Positions 1 through 9,064 of a DNA stretch of 64,000 nucleotides are shown here, in pieces; within the stretch, counting starts at the first letter, position 1, and every line of letters starts with the position of its first letter. This DNA is from a bacterium. GTDB taxonomy: Bacteria; Synergistota; Synergistia; Synergistales; Synergistaceae. The notes beneath the pieces are model-generated. The model searched no databases and was not told the origin of the DNA. It saw only the letters and a list, made by a program, of their open reading frames with translations. The stretch lies in the NCBI GenBank assembly GCA_963618995.1, contig CAVEUD010000010.1, positions 3,330 to 67,329 of the forward strand, given 5' to 3'. The position numbers and the translations under genes were made by a program.

Positions 1-743
1 AAGAGCGGGATGAATATGCCGAGGAAGATTACGAATGAGCTGGCGTACTGCCTGAGCTCTTCGCTGAGCGGCTTGAGCTGGTCCTTCGGTATCGGCTCGA
101 GGCCGTCGTGCTTCGCGTAGAGGTAGACGACGACGAGACGGTAGGCGAGGATTATCATGCCGCCGCCCATGAGTCCGACGTAGAGCTCGTTGCTGGTGAG
201 TTCGACCGCTATCGTCTCCATGCCGAGCAGCAGGAGCATCGAGGAGGAGGGCGGAAAGACTATTCCGAGGCCCGCGTTGCCCGCGACGATCGTCGTCGCG
301 CGCTCTGTAGTCCAGCCGTTGCCCTTCATCCACGGGATGGTGATGGAGCCGACCGCCGAGGCGTTGCCGGAGCCGGAACCGGAGACCATGCCAAAGAGCG
401 CGCTCGCGATTGTCGAGACGTAGCCCGAGCCGCCCGCGAAGCGTCCGAGGATGCTGTTGAGTATCTGTATCAGACGGTTGATGACGCCGGTGCGCTCCAT
501 CATGAAGGCCATAAAGACGAAGGCCATCGAAGCGTAGACGACCTCCTGCTTAGCCGCGTCGAGCAGCCCGTCCTTCGTGAGCGTCCATGCGCTCTTGTCG
601 CTGAACATTCCGCCGATGGCGACGATGATGATGAACGTCCAGAGCATCGCCTCCGCCATGCGCCGCTTTAGGACGACGCTGATGATAAGGACGGCGGCGA
701 TGTATATTATCAAAGAATATATACCTACGCCAAATAAATCCAT
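1..743 (-). CDS. TRAP transporter large permease (DctM-like), 3' end runs off the window
   Basis: Hand translation from ATG 743 (GGAG upstream): MDLFGVGIYSLIIYIAAVLIISVVLKRRMAEAML...SALFGMVSGSGSGNASAVGSITIPWM...AGLGIVFPPSSSM. The FG.VSGS and I.PPS motifs are DctM-like. Missing from the ORF track because it has no stop in the window. Confidence 0.8.
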   Translation of the reverse strand, partial: MDLFGVGIYSLIIYIAAVLIISVVLKRRMAEAMLWTFIIIVAIGGMFSDKSAWTLTKDGLLDAAKQEVVYASMAFVFMAFMMERTGVINRLIQILNSILGRFAGGSGYVSTIASALFGMVSGSGSGNASAVGSITIPWMKGNGWTTERATTIVAGNAGLGIVFPPSSSMLLLLGMETIAVELTSNELYVGLMGGGMIILAYRLVVVYLYAKHDGLEPIPKDQLKPLSEELRQYASSFVIFLGIFIPL

Positions 744-1415
744 GTGCTGTCACTCCTTAAATTCATTCGATACATTTTACGTAAAGCATGCCGCGCCGCT
801 TCATTACGCGGCGCGAACCAACGGGCGCATTGCCGGCCCCCTATCCGCTCCTGTCTCGTGTCTGTTTCTCGTTTCCCTCCATCTCCGTACTAAATGACGG
901 TGAACGCCGCTGTTTTTCCTCCCTTACCATAAAAGAGAAAAACTTTCACCACCGAGGCGGTCTATGAGTTAAAACCGCCGTCAAGACACGTAATTATATC
1001 ACATACTACTTAAGTTTATACTGTGGCTGTGTTGATACCGGATATACTATCTGTAGGTTTACCAATAACGAGAAGAAACCGCGCACCGGAAGAGAACGAA
1101 AGAAGAGCCGGGATACGCGAACTGCTCCAGACTGGCAACATCGGCAGCATGAAGGATATTCAGGAGCTTTTCAAAGAGACTATAGCCGAGTTCATGGTGC
1201 ACGGTCCTGAGACCGGGCTTGACGATGAACCCGGCAATTCCGGGTACGACTGCAAGAATAAAAACACGGACAACAGCCGTAACGGACACAGCGAAAAAAC
1301 TCTTCGCACCAGTTTCGGAAACGTCGAGCTCTCAGTATAACCGACAATATACTGCCGTTGGCTGGAGAATGGCAGCAGCGCACTCTTGAATCCGTATATG
1401 CAGCAGTCTGCCTCG

Positions 1416-1465
1416 CCTGCCTGCCGTCCTGCCTGTCGGCGGTCAGGTCAGGCGGGTCAGGCGGG
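1416..1465. repeat. Nested copies of a ~20-bp palindromic unit (CCTGCCTGCCGTCAGGCGGG)
   Basis: Removing 1416-1465 restores CTC-GAC-GCC (L-D-A) of the IS256 transposase. An outer unit encloses an inner variant copy. Confidence 0.8.
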
Positions 1466-1505
1466 ACGCCATACACTACCACGTCAGAAGCGAAGGTCAG
1501 ATAAT

Positions 1506-1525
1506 CCTGCCTGCCGTCAGGCGGG
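1506..1525. repeat. Single 20-bp palindromic unit CCTGCCTGCCGTCAGGCGGG
   Basis: Removing it restores ATA-ATA-AAG-AAA-GCC (I-I-K-K-A). No flanking duplication is visible. Confidence 0.85.
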
Positions 1526-1744
1526 AAAGAAAGCCGTATACCTGACGATAGCCATAGACCTTGATGGGCACAAAGACGTACTCGGCATGCGGGCAGGCAG
1601 GAACTGCATAACTCATCAATTACGCAACTCCGGAAAAATTGATAACACTGTCATAAATTGATTGAAGCCGCTTTTGCAGAAAAATTATTCAAAAAACGGC
1701 TTCACTGCATTATATTAGGATATTAAGTTTTTGCACATAGCGCA

Positions 1745-3490
1745 TTATCTTGACGTATGATTCTTCTCCATAATCACCCCCGTGTTCTTTTCGCCGTCCA
1801 TGTAGGCGGCGAAGTCGCCTTTGTAGACTCGGATGATGTCGTTGCCCCATGGGGTCCATTTGGAGCGCTCGAACCAGTCGATGTTGAAGATGTTGCGGTC
1901 TTCACCGGCGAAGACGGGCATGTAGAGGACGCCGTCGACTTCGAGGTCGGAGAAGAAGTGCGTGCCGTAGGAGAGCTCCGGCATGTAGCCGAGGCGCGGG
2001 ATGCCGAGCTCTACCATGCCGAGGCAGTTGGTCAGCTCGCCGTATTGGACCGGGACGCCGAGCTCGGGGTTGCTGGAGCCGATGCGGCCCGGAGCAACGA
2101 GAATGTAAGGATCACCGCGAGATGCTTCGTTGAGCTCGCCTATAAGGCGCGCGGTTCCGTAGAAGTCGCGGCGCTCGAAGTATAGGTTGTAGTCAACGTA
2201 GACGATTTTATGGATGTCCGGTATCGCTCCGTGAGTGACCATGCGGTCGGCCTGGAGGATGATGCTTTTTCCGTTGATCTCAGGCCATTCGTCGATATCG
2301 GAGGCGTTGGTCCAGAAGGGACGCGACTGGATGAGGCAGAAGGAGTCTTCGACCGGCTCGTATGCGAACTCGATGTCGGCCGGGACGCCCATCTGCGTCT
2401 CAAGGAATTTCAGCATTTTTTTCGCGCGGCGGTAGAATATTGGATATTTGCGCGGAAAATTTTCGAAGGTGAAGCATATCTTGCTTCCTGGCGCAAGCTG
2501 CGTCATATTCTTCATTATCGTCGAGAAGACCCCTTCGTCATCCTCGCGGCTGAATATCTGCGCATAAGCGGAAAAGTCGGGGTGATACTTGAGTAGCTGC
2601 TGCCCCTCGCTGTTTATGTCGAGGGTCGTCAGGCGGTTCGGGTGCATCGCGTCTATGACGTGGAAGCGCTCCTGAGCGATGCCGGCTATTTTTTCAGGAG
2701 CGAAGCCCTCGGGGCGCAGTATCGGGTTCGTCAGCGAGACGGTTCGCGCGTAGCCGCGCCTTGTGCTCATGGTTCCGAGGCCGAAAACCATGCGCACGAG
2801 GCCGTCGTCCTGTCGTATCCTCGTCGTCCAGCGTCGGAAGTTCTGCGAGTAGCCGACGCCGCCCATCGTGGGATAGTAGTAGCGTCCGCGCCAGCGTCCC
2901 GCCATACGTATGATGATTATCCCCATGTCGTCGTCGCCGAGCTTGTGGCGTTTCCTGTAATCTTCGGCGGCTGGGAAGAAGGTGCGCGAATATATGCGGC
3001 GCACTTCGTCCTCGACTGCTCGCGCGCGCTCTCCAAGCGTCCCCGCGTTGTTGCCGAGGAAGGTGCTGAGGTATTTGCCGGCAAAGGAATGCTTCACGTC
3101 GTCCTCAAGACGGCTGGAGCTGCGTATGACGACCGGATCGTTCATCTCTGACAAGAATTCGCGTATGCGCAGAGACGCTTCTTCCGGCAGCGGCGTCAGA
3201 AGAAAGACGCGTTCGATGCCTTCGGGGTCGCCGCAGGCGAGCAGCGTGTCGAGCGAAGGCACTCGCTCAAGGAATTTATGGAATATCTCTATGCTGAGGT
3301 ATATCGAGCGCGGAACTTTGACGCGGCTCATGTCTGGGTCGCCGCTGTCTCGCAGCTTGCGCAGCGCGAAGAGCAGCGAGCGCCCCTTGCCCCCGATCGT
3401 CCCTTTGCCGCATATCAGCGGTGCAAATTCGGGGTCGTCGTGGGGCTGCCACTCAAAATATTGTTCCTTTGCCTTTTCGGCAGAGGTCAT
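1745..3490 (-). CDS. PEP/pyruvate-binding (PPDK_N, ATP-grasp) domain protein, PEP-synthase-like, paralog B
   Basis: 581 aa; motifs IGGKGRSL, VIRSSSRLEDD, SFAGKY, IEFA, LIQSRP and C-terminal PGRIGSS...LGVPV...ELSYGTHFF. Confidence 0.85.
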   Translation of the reverse strand: MTSAEKAKEQYFEWQPHDDPEFAPLICGKGTIGGKGRSLLFALRKLRDSGDPDMSRVKVPRSIYLSIEIFHKFLERVPSLDTLLACGDPEGIERVFLLTPLPEEASLRIREFLSEMNDPVVIRSSSRLEDDVKHSFAGKYLSTFLGNNAGTLGERARAVEDEVRRIYSRTFFPAAEDYRKRHKLGDDDMGIIIIRMAGRWRGRYYYPTMGGVGYSQNFRRWTTRIRQDDGLVRMVFGLGTMSTRRGYARTVSLTNPILRPEGFAPEKIAGIAQERFHVIDAMHPNRLTTLDINSEGQQLLKYHPDFSAYAQIFSREDDEGVFSTIMKNMTQLAPGSKICFTFENFPRKYPIFYRRAKKMLKFLETQMGVPADIEFAYEPVEDSFCLIQSRPFWTNASDIDEWPEINGKSIILQADRMVTHGAIPDIHKIVYVDYNLYFERRDFYGTARLIGELNEASRGDPYILVAPGRIGSSNPELGVPVQYGELTNCLGMVELGIPRLGYMPELSYGTHFFSDLEVDGVLYMPVFAGEDRNIFNIDWFERSKWTPWGNDIIRVYKGDFAAYMDGEKNTGVIMEKNHTSR

Positions 3491-3492
3491 CG

Positions 3493-5223
3493 TTATTCAC
3501 CTTCCCAGTCGGTTCTGTCTATCACTATGCCGGTTTCTGTGTCTCCGTCGAGGAGTACGTCGAAAAGTCCCTCGTAGTGCCTTACGGCGGGGTGGGATGT
3601 TTTTCCCCATTTGTGGCTGTCGAACCACGCTCTGTTGTACACGTTGTTGCGCGCCCCGTCAAATACCGGCAGATAGAGGATGTTGTCGCAGTCGAGGTCG
3701 AGGAAGAAGTGCGTGCCGTAGGAGAGCTCAGGGGCCATGCCCTTCTGAGGGATTCCAAGCTCGACCAGGCAGCCGGAGTTTGACAGCTCGTCGTAGCGCA
3801 CTGGGACGCCCAGCATCGGGTTCGAGCTTCCCCAGCGGCCGGGGCCGACAAGTATATAGCGCTCGCCGTCTAGTTTGTCGTTCTCTTCGCCTACGGCGCG
3901 CGCGATGTCGGAGAAGTCCGCTTTTTTGCCGTAAATTTCCGGGTCGACGTAGATTATATGCTTCGTGCCCTCGAGCCTTCCGTTCGCCACCATGCGGTCG
4001 CCGCGCAGCACGGTTTTTTCAGGCGGTACGTCCGGTATCTGCACGCGCCCCCTGTCGTCGTAGACGGAGAGCGGCCGCATCTGCACCAGCGTGAAGCGGT
4101 CGTCCGACGCCTCGTAGGCGAACTCCATATCGACCGGGAGCTGAAGCTCTTTTTCGAAGAGCGGCAGCAGCTTGCGGATGCGCGCAAAGAGCTTCGGGCA
4201 GCGGCTCGGCAGCTCTGAGAAGGTGAAGACGGGGCGCGGCGCGTTCATGTTGCTCGTGTCTGTATGAATCCAGTGGAAGGAGTTGTCGTCGAACCACTGA
4301 AGGTAAGTCTGCGCCATTCGGTGCTTTTTGAGAATGTCCTTTATCGTATATGCGACGTGCTCGGAGGCGAAGCCCTTTTTATCGAGGTCTATGTAGTCGT
4401 AATGCTCCTGCGAGTGAGTTACTACTTCGTGCGGCTTCGTACCTTCGGGGCGCAGGTTGGGATTCGTAAGATAAAAGGTGCGCGCGTAGGCCCTGTCGAC
4501 CGTGCGCGTGCCGAGGCCGAAGCATATGCGCGCGACGCCGTCGTCTTTCTTGATGCGCGGCGACGGGCGGCGGAAAACTTTAGAGAATGCCGCGCCGGCA
4601 AGCTCTGGATAGAACATCTTGCCGTACTGCCGTCCGGCGATGGGCTGGATGAGCGCCGCCATGCGCTCGCCGCCCCATTTGATGCCGTGCTTGCGCTTGT
4701 ACTCGCGCGCGGCGGGATTGTAGGTCGAAGCGTAGACCTCCTTTAGCGCGGCTTCGAGCTGCGCGCGCCGTTCTTCGCGCGTACCGGAGTTGGAAGAGAA
4801 GCACGTGGCGTATTTGCCTGCGAACGACAGCTTTACGTCGTCTTCGAGCGTCGAGGATGAGCGGACGCAGAGAGGGCTCTGGATGAGGTCGAGTATCTTT
4901 TCCAGCGGCTCGTCCAGCGAATGCGGGAGCTTCGCCTCGGCGCAGGCTTTGTAGATTATCGGGCCGTCTGTGTGCGCGCGCAGGTTCTCCAGCTTTTCCC
5001 AAAAGTTGTTAAGCTCCATGAACTCGTTGAATACCGACGTCGTTATGACGAAGGAGTAGTCCGGCAGATGCACGTCGTCAAGCAGGCCGTTCTTCGATAA
5101 AACGAAGTGGGCGAACGAAAGCCCCTTCGCCTTGCCGCCGATGCGCCCGTCGCCGATGAGCCAGCCGCGCTCCTCATAATAGGGGTAAGGGTCGAAACTC
5201 TTGTAATACTCTCCGTAGTCCAT
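3493..5223 (-). CDS. PEP/pyruvate-binding (PPDK_N, ATP-grasp) domain protein, PEP-synthase-like, paralog A
   Basis: Motifs IGGKAKGL, VRSSSTLEDD, SFAGKY, DMEFA, LVQMRP, GPGRWGSS, ELSYGTHFF. Start moved to ATG 5223 behind a GGAGG RBS. Confidence 0.85.
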   Translation of the reverse strand: MDYGEYYKSFDPYPYYEERGWLIGDGRIGGKAKGLSFAHFVLSKNGLLDDVHLPDYSFVITTSVFNEFMELNNFWEKLENLRAHTDGPIIYKACAEAKLPHSLDEPLEKILDLIQSPLCVRSSSTLEDDVKLSFAGKYATCFSSNSGTREERRAQLEAALKEVYASTYNPAAREYKRKHGIKWGGERMAALIQPIAGRQYGKMFYPELAGAAFSKVFRRPSPRIKKDDGVARICFGLGTRTVDRAYARTFYLTNPNLRPEGTKPHEVVTHSQEHYDYIDLDKKGFASEHVAYTIKDILKKHRMAQTYLQWFDDNSFHWIHTDTSNMNAPRPVFTFSELPSRCPKLFARIRKLLPLFEKELQLPVDMEFAYEASDDRFTLVQMRPLSVYDDRGRVQIPDVPPEKTVLRGDRMVANGRLEGTKHIIYVDPEIYGKKADFSDIARAVGEENDKLDGERYILVGPGRWGSSNPMLGVPVRYDELSNSGCLVELGIPQKGMAPELSYGTHFFLDLDCDNILYLPVFDGARNNVYNRAWFDSHKWGKTSHPAVRHYEGLFDVLLDGDTETGIVIDRTDWEGE

Positions 5224-5882
5224 AAAATCCTCCACTTCCTCCTGCCTTTCCGGCTCTTCTCTTCCGGACGGATTTAGAAAACATAATTTTTTTTATTATA
5301 TAACGTTTGTCCGTGCTGCGGCGCTGCAATTTAACGTATTAAAAGAGCAGCTCTTCGCGTTGCGCGCCTTTACGAAACTGTAACACAAAAAAATATGTGA
5401 ACCGCTTGTCATAGATAGCTATAGCTTTGCGGCGTTGTTTTTCTGAATACTTCATCTATTAAAACCTCCCGGTTGGCAGTATTCAGTCCAACTTTTTGTC
5501 GGCATCCCCGAATCGGGGATAGCCAAGGCCGTGGCAAACGTACAGGAGCAGATAAGCCGCAACACAGAATACAGATAGGTCAATGTCTGGAAATGCACTC
5601 AGGCGCAGAGACAACCATAGCCTGCGGAGATAAAGCCATAGACACAAGCCACATCATCCAGAGATTCGTACTGCACACTATACCTGCGACATCTATGGTG
5701 GCGTGGCTTATCAGGACACACACCTCTCAGCGCTGCAAAGTGAAGGTGCGCCGGCGATTGGCGATTTAGTCTATCGCCAGCGCGCGGCAGAGCAACTTTC
5801 GGGACACGCAGCTACGGCAAAGCTACACATGGAGAAATACAAATAGCGCGCGAAGGGTGGCGCAAATTATCCCTATTGTCAC

Positions 5883-5910
5883 AAAAACGGCGGGCCGTCT
5901 GGCCCGCCGT
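5883..5910 (-). terminator. Intrinsic terminator of the yedE-tusA unit
   Basis: Stem ACGGCGGGCC/GGCCCGCCGT followed by a T-run on the minus strand. Confidence 0.7.
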
Positions 5911-5969
5911 CTCGTTATGCGTACTGAATGACTGCCGTGCGGCGTTCCCGCGCGTCAAACGCGCGCGCG

Positions 5970-6185
5970 TTACTTCGTTGCGGTAACGGCGTAGCCGCCG
6001 TCCTGTTCCTTCCATTCGGTCTTCCAGCCGGCGTTCTGCGCGAAACGCATGACGTTTTCGCGCGAGGTGACCGTGTCGACGAGGATTTCGACTACGCCGG
6101 AGCTGTGCTTGTCGAGCACTCTTTTCGTCTCGATGACGGGCTGCGGGCAGGAGAGGCCGCGCGCGTCCACTGTGATTTTATCCAT
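5970..6185 (-). CDS. TusA/SirA/YedF-family sulfur (selenium) carrier protein
   Basis: 71 aa; VDARGLSCPQPVI (CPxP motif). Confidence 0.92.
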   Translation of the reverse strand: MDKITVDARGLSCPQPVIETKRVLDKHSSGVVEILVDTVTSRENVMRFAQNAGWKTEWKEQDGGYAVTATK

Positions 6186-6198
6186 AAATACACGCCTC

Positions 6199-7281
6199 CT
6201 AGTTCATTCTGTGTTTGAAAGCGAAGCCGACGGCAAGACAGAAGACGAGCCCGGTTATCGTCGCGGGGATGCCGAAAGCGCCGATCCCGGTCGCGGAGCT
6301 TGCGAGCGAGAAGTTGTGCGCGAAGGCCGCGCCGACCAGCATTCCCATCACAAAGCTGCCAGCGTCGGAGTCTCCCTCGCCGGACATGATGAGCATACGT
6401 CCGGGGCAGCCGCCCGCGAGCGTGAAGGCGAGGCCGGCGAGCACCATACCGAGGAAGTTCCACAACTGCATCGTATGGGCGACAGGCTGGCCTTCAAATC
6501 CGGGCCTGAACTGTCCGAGTGCGAAGTTCGTCACGAAGGCCGCGACGATAAAAGCCGCGATGCCTTTGAAAAGATGGCTGTCTCTGATCATGATAAGGTC
6601 GCGGACCGCGCCGATGGTGCAGAAGCGCGTGCGCTGCGCAAGCCAGCCGACTATTAGTCCCGCTGCCAGCGAAATCAGTATCGGCGCATGGGCCGCGCCG
6701 GGGCCGCTCTCCGAGAAGAATATCGGGCCGGTTCCCTTCGGGCCGAGCAGCGGGCGCGCAAAGAGCAGGACGAGTATGGTGACGGCGAAGAACGGCATTA
6801 TTAGCCCTGCGGCTTTAGGCGTCGGGCGCGATGGGCCGAGGCTGAAGCCGCCGTAAAGAAACCACACGCCGATGGCGATGCCGACGATGAGTCCCGCGAT
6901 GCCGGCGATTGCGTTCCAGTCGCCGCCAGCGAGACGTAGGTAGGCGCGCCACGGGCAGCCGAGGAAGACGAGTGCGCCGATCATCGCGAAGAAGCCGAGC
7001 GCGAAGCGCACCATCGGCGACGAGCCTCCGCGCGGCCTGTATTCAGAGAAGGCGAGCGCCGAGCCGAAGGCTCCGAGGATGAAGCCAGCGATTTCGGGGC
7101 GCAGGTACTGGACTATCGCGGCGCGGTGCAGTCCGAAAGCCCCCGCGATGTCGCGCGTGAAGCAGGCGACGCAGAAACCCATGTTGCCAGGGTTTCCGAA
7201 TTTTACGAGAAAAGCGGCTATTACGCCTAAAATCAGCCCCGCGACTGCCGGGCCGTTCTTTGACATAAGCAGACGATCCAT
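6199..7281 (-). CDS. yedE: YedE-family putative selenium transporter
   Basis: 360 aa membrane protein with GNPGNMGFCVACF, FLGCPWR, QRTRFC, LAGGCPGR motifs; adjacent TusA-family gene; GGAGG RBS. Confidence 0.9.
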   Translation of the reverse strand: MDRLLMSKNGPAVAGLILGVIAAFLVKFGNPGNMGFCVACFTRDIAGAFGLHRAAIVQYLRPEIAGFILGAFGSALAFSEYRPRGGSSPMVRFALGFFAMIGALVFLGCPWRAYLRLAGGDWNAIAGIAGLIVGIAIGVWFLYGGFSLGPSRPTPKAAGLIMPFFAVTILVLLFARPLLGPKGTGPIFFSESGPGAAHAPILISLAAGLIVGWLAQRTRFCTIGAVRDLIMIRDSHLFKGIAAFIVAAFVTNFALGQFRPGFEGQPVAHTMQLWNFLGMVLAGLAFTLAGGCPGRMLIMSGEGDSDAGSFVMGMLVGAAFAHNFSLASSATGIGAFGIPATITGLVFCLAVGFAFKHRMN

Positions 7282-7566
7282 TTGCTTTTACCTCCAATTA
7301 AGTTTGGGATATAAAATCAGAAACATCAAGCGAAAACGCACAGGCGGGACTGCCGCGCCCGCATACGCGGCTGCGGCGACCTCTCTGGCCCGTCCGCGCA
7401 GGACATGGAACAAATGCAGATATTCGTCCTTCGTTTACGGATGGGGATGGGAAAGACGCGAGAGCGCGCCGCGGCGGACGACAGACCCGTTACACGAGCC
7501 GATACCGGCAAATCACGTCATCTGGCGCACTCTCCCTTCCGGCCGAAGATATTCAGCCACATAATT

Positions 7567-7595
7567 ATGATAGTCACAAACCGCGCGTTTAGCAA
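7567..7595 (-). promoter_or_regulatory. Candidate sigma70 promoter of the yedE leader
   Basis: TTGCTA-17 bp-TATCAT on the minus strand. Confidence 0.5.
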
Positions 7596-7801
7596 TTATT
7601 TCAGAAAAATTGCGGTTGTGCGCAAGCACAATAAAAGGAGAACGGACGGAAAGAAGCCTCAAACGCGCATGGCGCTCTCGTTTTTGTTCTTTGTCAGGCT
7701 TTGACAATATCGGCGCACCAAGCGGGCGCGCGGGAACGGCGGGCTTTCGCGCCTGCGGGGCGGGATATAATCGCTTAACTTTTTATAGATATCGGTTTTC
7801 T

Positions 7802-7897
7802 CGTCGCCCCGCGCTTGACGCGGGGCCCAGCGGCTTTAAACTCCCAAACGTTACAGTGTTTTGAGTCGCCGGATGCCGCGTGCAGCGCGGCATGACG
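7802..7897. repeat. 96-bp CGTC-tagged double-hairpin (REP/MITE-like) element, copy 1
   Basis: CGTC-GCCCCGCG-CTTGA-CGCGGGGC...GGATGCCGCG-TGCAG-CGCGGCAT-GACG. An inverted homolog of the same length lies at 63764-63859. Confidence 0.75.
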
Positions 7898-8238
7898 GAG
7901 CGGCGTTATTTCTTTTATTAAGTTAAGCATGCTCTCTATATGCGCTCGCAAGATTTTGCCGCCGTGACGCTGATTCCTGGCCGTTCAGGCGAACCGGCGT
8001 TTTCGCCTTCGCGGCCGCGCTACTGCGAGCGTTCCCGGATCCGCCGTCGGTTGCCGGATTTTTTGCGAACGCATGTATGCACACATATTCTCAAAAGGTC
8101 AGTGAAAGTTAATAATATAATACACATTTTTATGCACAGAAGGTGGACAAACGGGCGCATCTGGCCGCGCGGCGGCACGATGGTATAATGAAGAACGGCA
8201 GAAAAGACTGCGCAAGCACGAAAACGGAGGAATGCAAT

Positions 8239-8739
8239 ATGTCTGCGAGGACAGAGGCGGAATTCGACTACGAGATATGTTCAAGCAAAATCAGGCCGAT
8301 AGCCGAGGCGTTGATCAAAAAATACGACGAGCTGCACCATATAGACCCAGACAAAATACTTTTCGTCGTGAACCATAAAAACTCAGGAAGCAAAAAACAG
8401 ATGACGCTCGCGAAGACGACGAAGATATCGCCGAAGTGGACGGAACTGCTCTACCAGCTCGGCTCGTGCTCGTACTTCTATATGATAGAATTCTACGCGA
8501 AGACGACCGCAGCGATGGACGAAAGCCAGATGGTCGCGCTCGTCTACCGCGAGCTGCGCCGCATCGGCCCCGAAGGCGAGATACTGACGCCCGACGTCCA
8601 CGACTGGTGGCAGATACTCATGGGCCTCGGCCGCAAATGGTTCTACCCCGACGCGACATGCCCGAACCTGCTCGACGACAACGTAGACTGGAAGAAACTC
8701 ATGGGCACCTACTACGAAGAAATCCACGACGGCCAATAG
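8239..8739 (+). CDS. Putative phage-metallopeptidase-like protein, apparently lacking the zinc ligands
   Basis: GGAGG RBS then MSARTEAEF... The layout resembles the putative phage metallopeptidase family, but the HExxH position reads ALVYRELRRI. Confidence 0.65.
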   Translation: MSARTEAEFDYEICSSKIRPIAEALIKKYDELHHIDPDKILFVVNHKNSGSKKQMTLAKTTKISPKWTELLYQLGSCSYFYMIEFYAKTTAAMDESQMVALVYRELRRIGPEGEILTPDVHDWWQILMGLGRKWFYPDATCPNLLDDNVDWKKLMGTYYEEIHDGQ

Positions 8740-9064
8740 CTCCACAAAAACGCCACATTTCCGCCACATAAAACACATAAAACAATCATAAGACCGACAC
8801 ACCCCCGCGTTATACTTTTCTCAGAAAGGCGGGGATGTTTCAGTTCCCCCGGAAACACAGCGCTCCCCGGAAGCTTCTGCCTTCGGGTTTGTAATAGAAA
8901 ACGCGTACCAACACCAAACGAAGGGATGTGAAAACCAGTCTCCCACATACGGCGGGAAATAGCAAAGCGCGGCGCAGCCGAAAGGCGCCCTGCATAAACG
9001 CCGCGCAGAGCGGAAAACCTGCCAGAACGAAACTCTGTAAAACGTTGCTGCCAATACCCAATGA

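Larger units (their letters stand above)
1040..1740 (+). mobile_element. Degenerate IS256 (Mutator) family transposase with internal deletions and small insertions
   Basis: Fragments ...FKETIAEFM...NSRNGHSEKTLRTSFGNVELSV / ITDNILPLAGEWQQRTLESVYAAVCL-DAIHYHVRSEGQII-KKAVYLTIAIDLDGHKDVLGM / NCITHQLRNS match IS256 transposases. Ends approximate. Confidence 0.85.

Noticed and set aside
108..897. Plus-strand ORFs over the first 900 bp, and the many other long antisense ORFs in the track (e.g. 14481-15593, 19245-20288, 26195-27463)
   Set aside because: They are shadows of well-supported genes on the opposite strand in GC-rich DNA and show no family motifs.
5473..5769. 98-codon ORF and a hairpin near 5502-5525 between the dikinase genes and tusA
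   Set aside because: No recognisable motif in the frames I translated. It may be a decayed fragment but I cannot assign it.
7815..7845. TTGACG...TAAACT as a promoter for a small RNA
   Set aside because: The TTGAC is the loop of the CGTC repeat hairpin, so the repeat explains it better.
8958..9056. c-di-GMP-I riboswitch-like words (GCAAA...GAAA...GCAGAGC...CTGCC)
   Set aside because: The tetraloop receptor and expected spacing are missing. Kept only as a generic ncRNA candidate.
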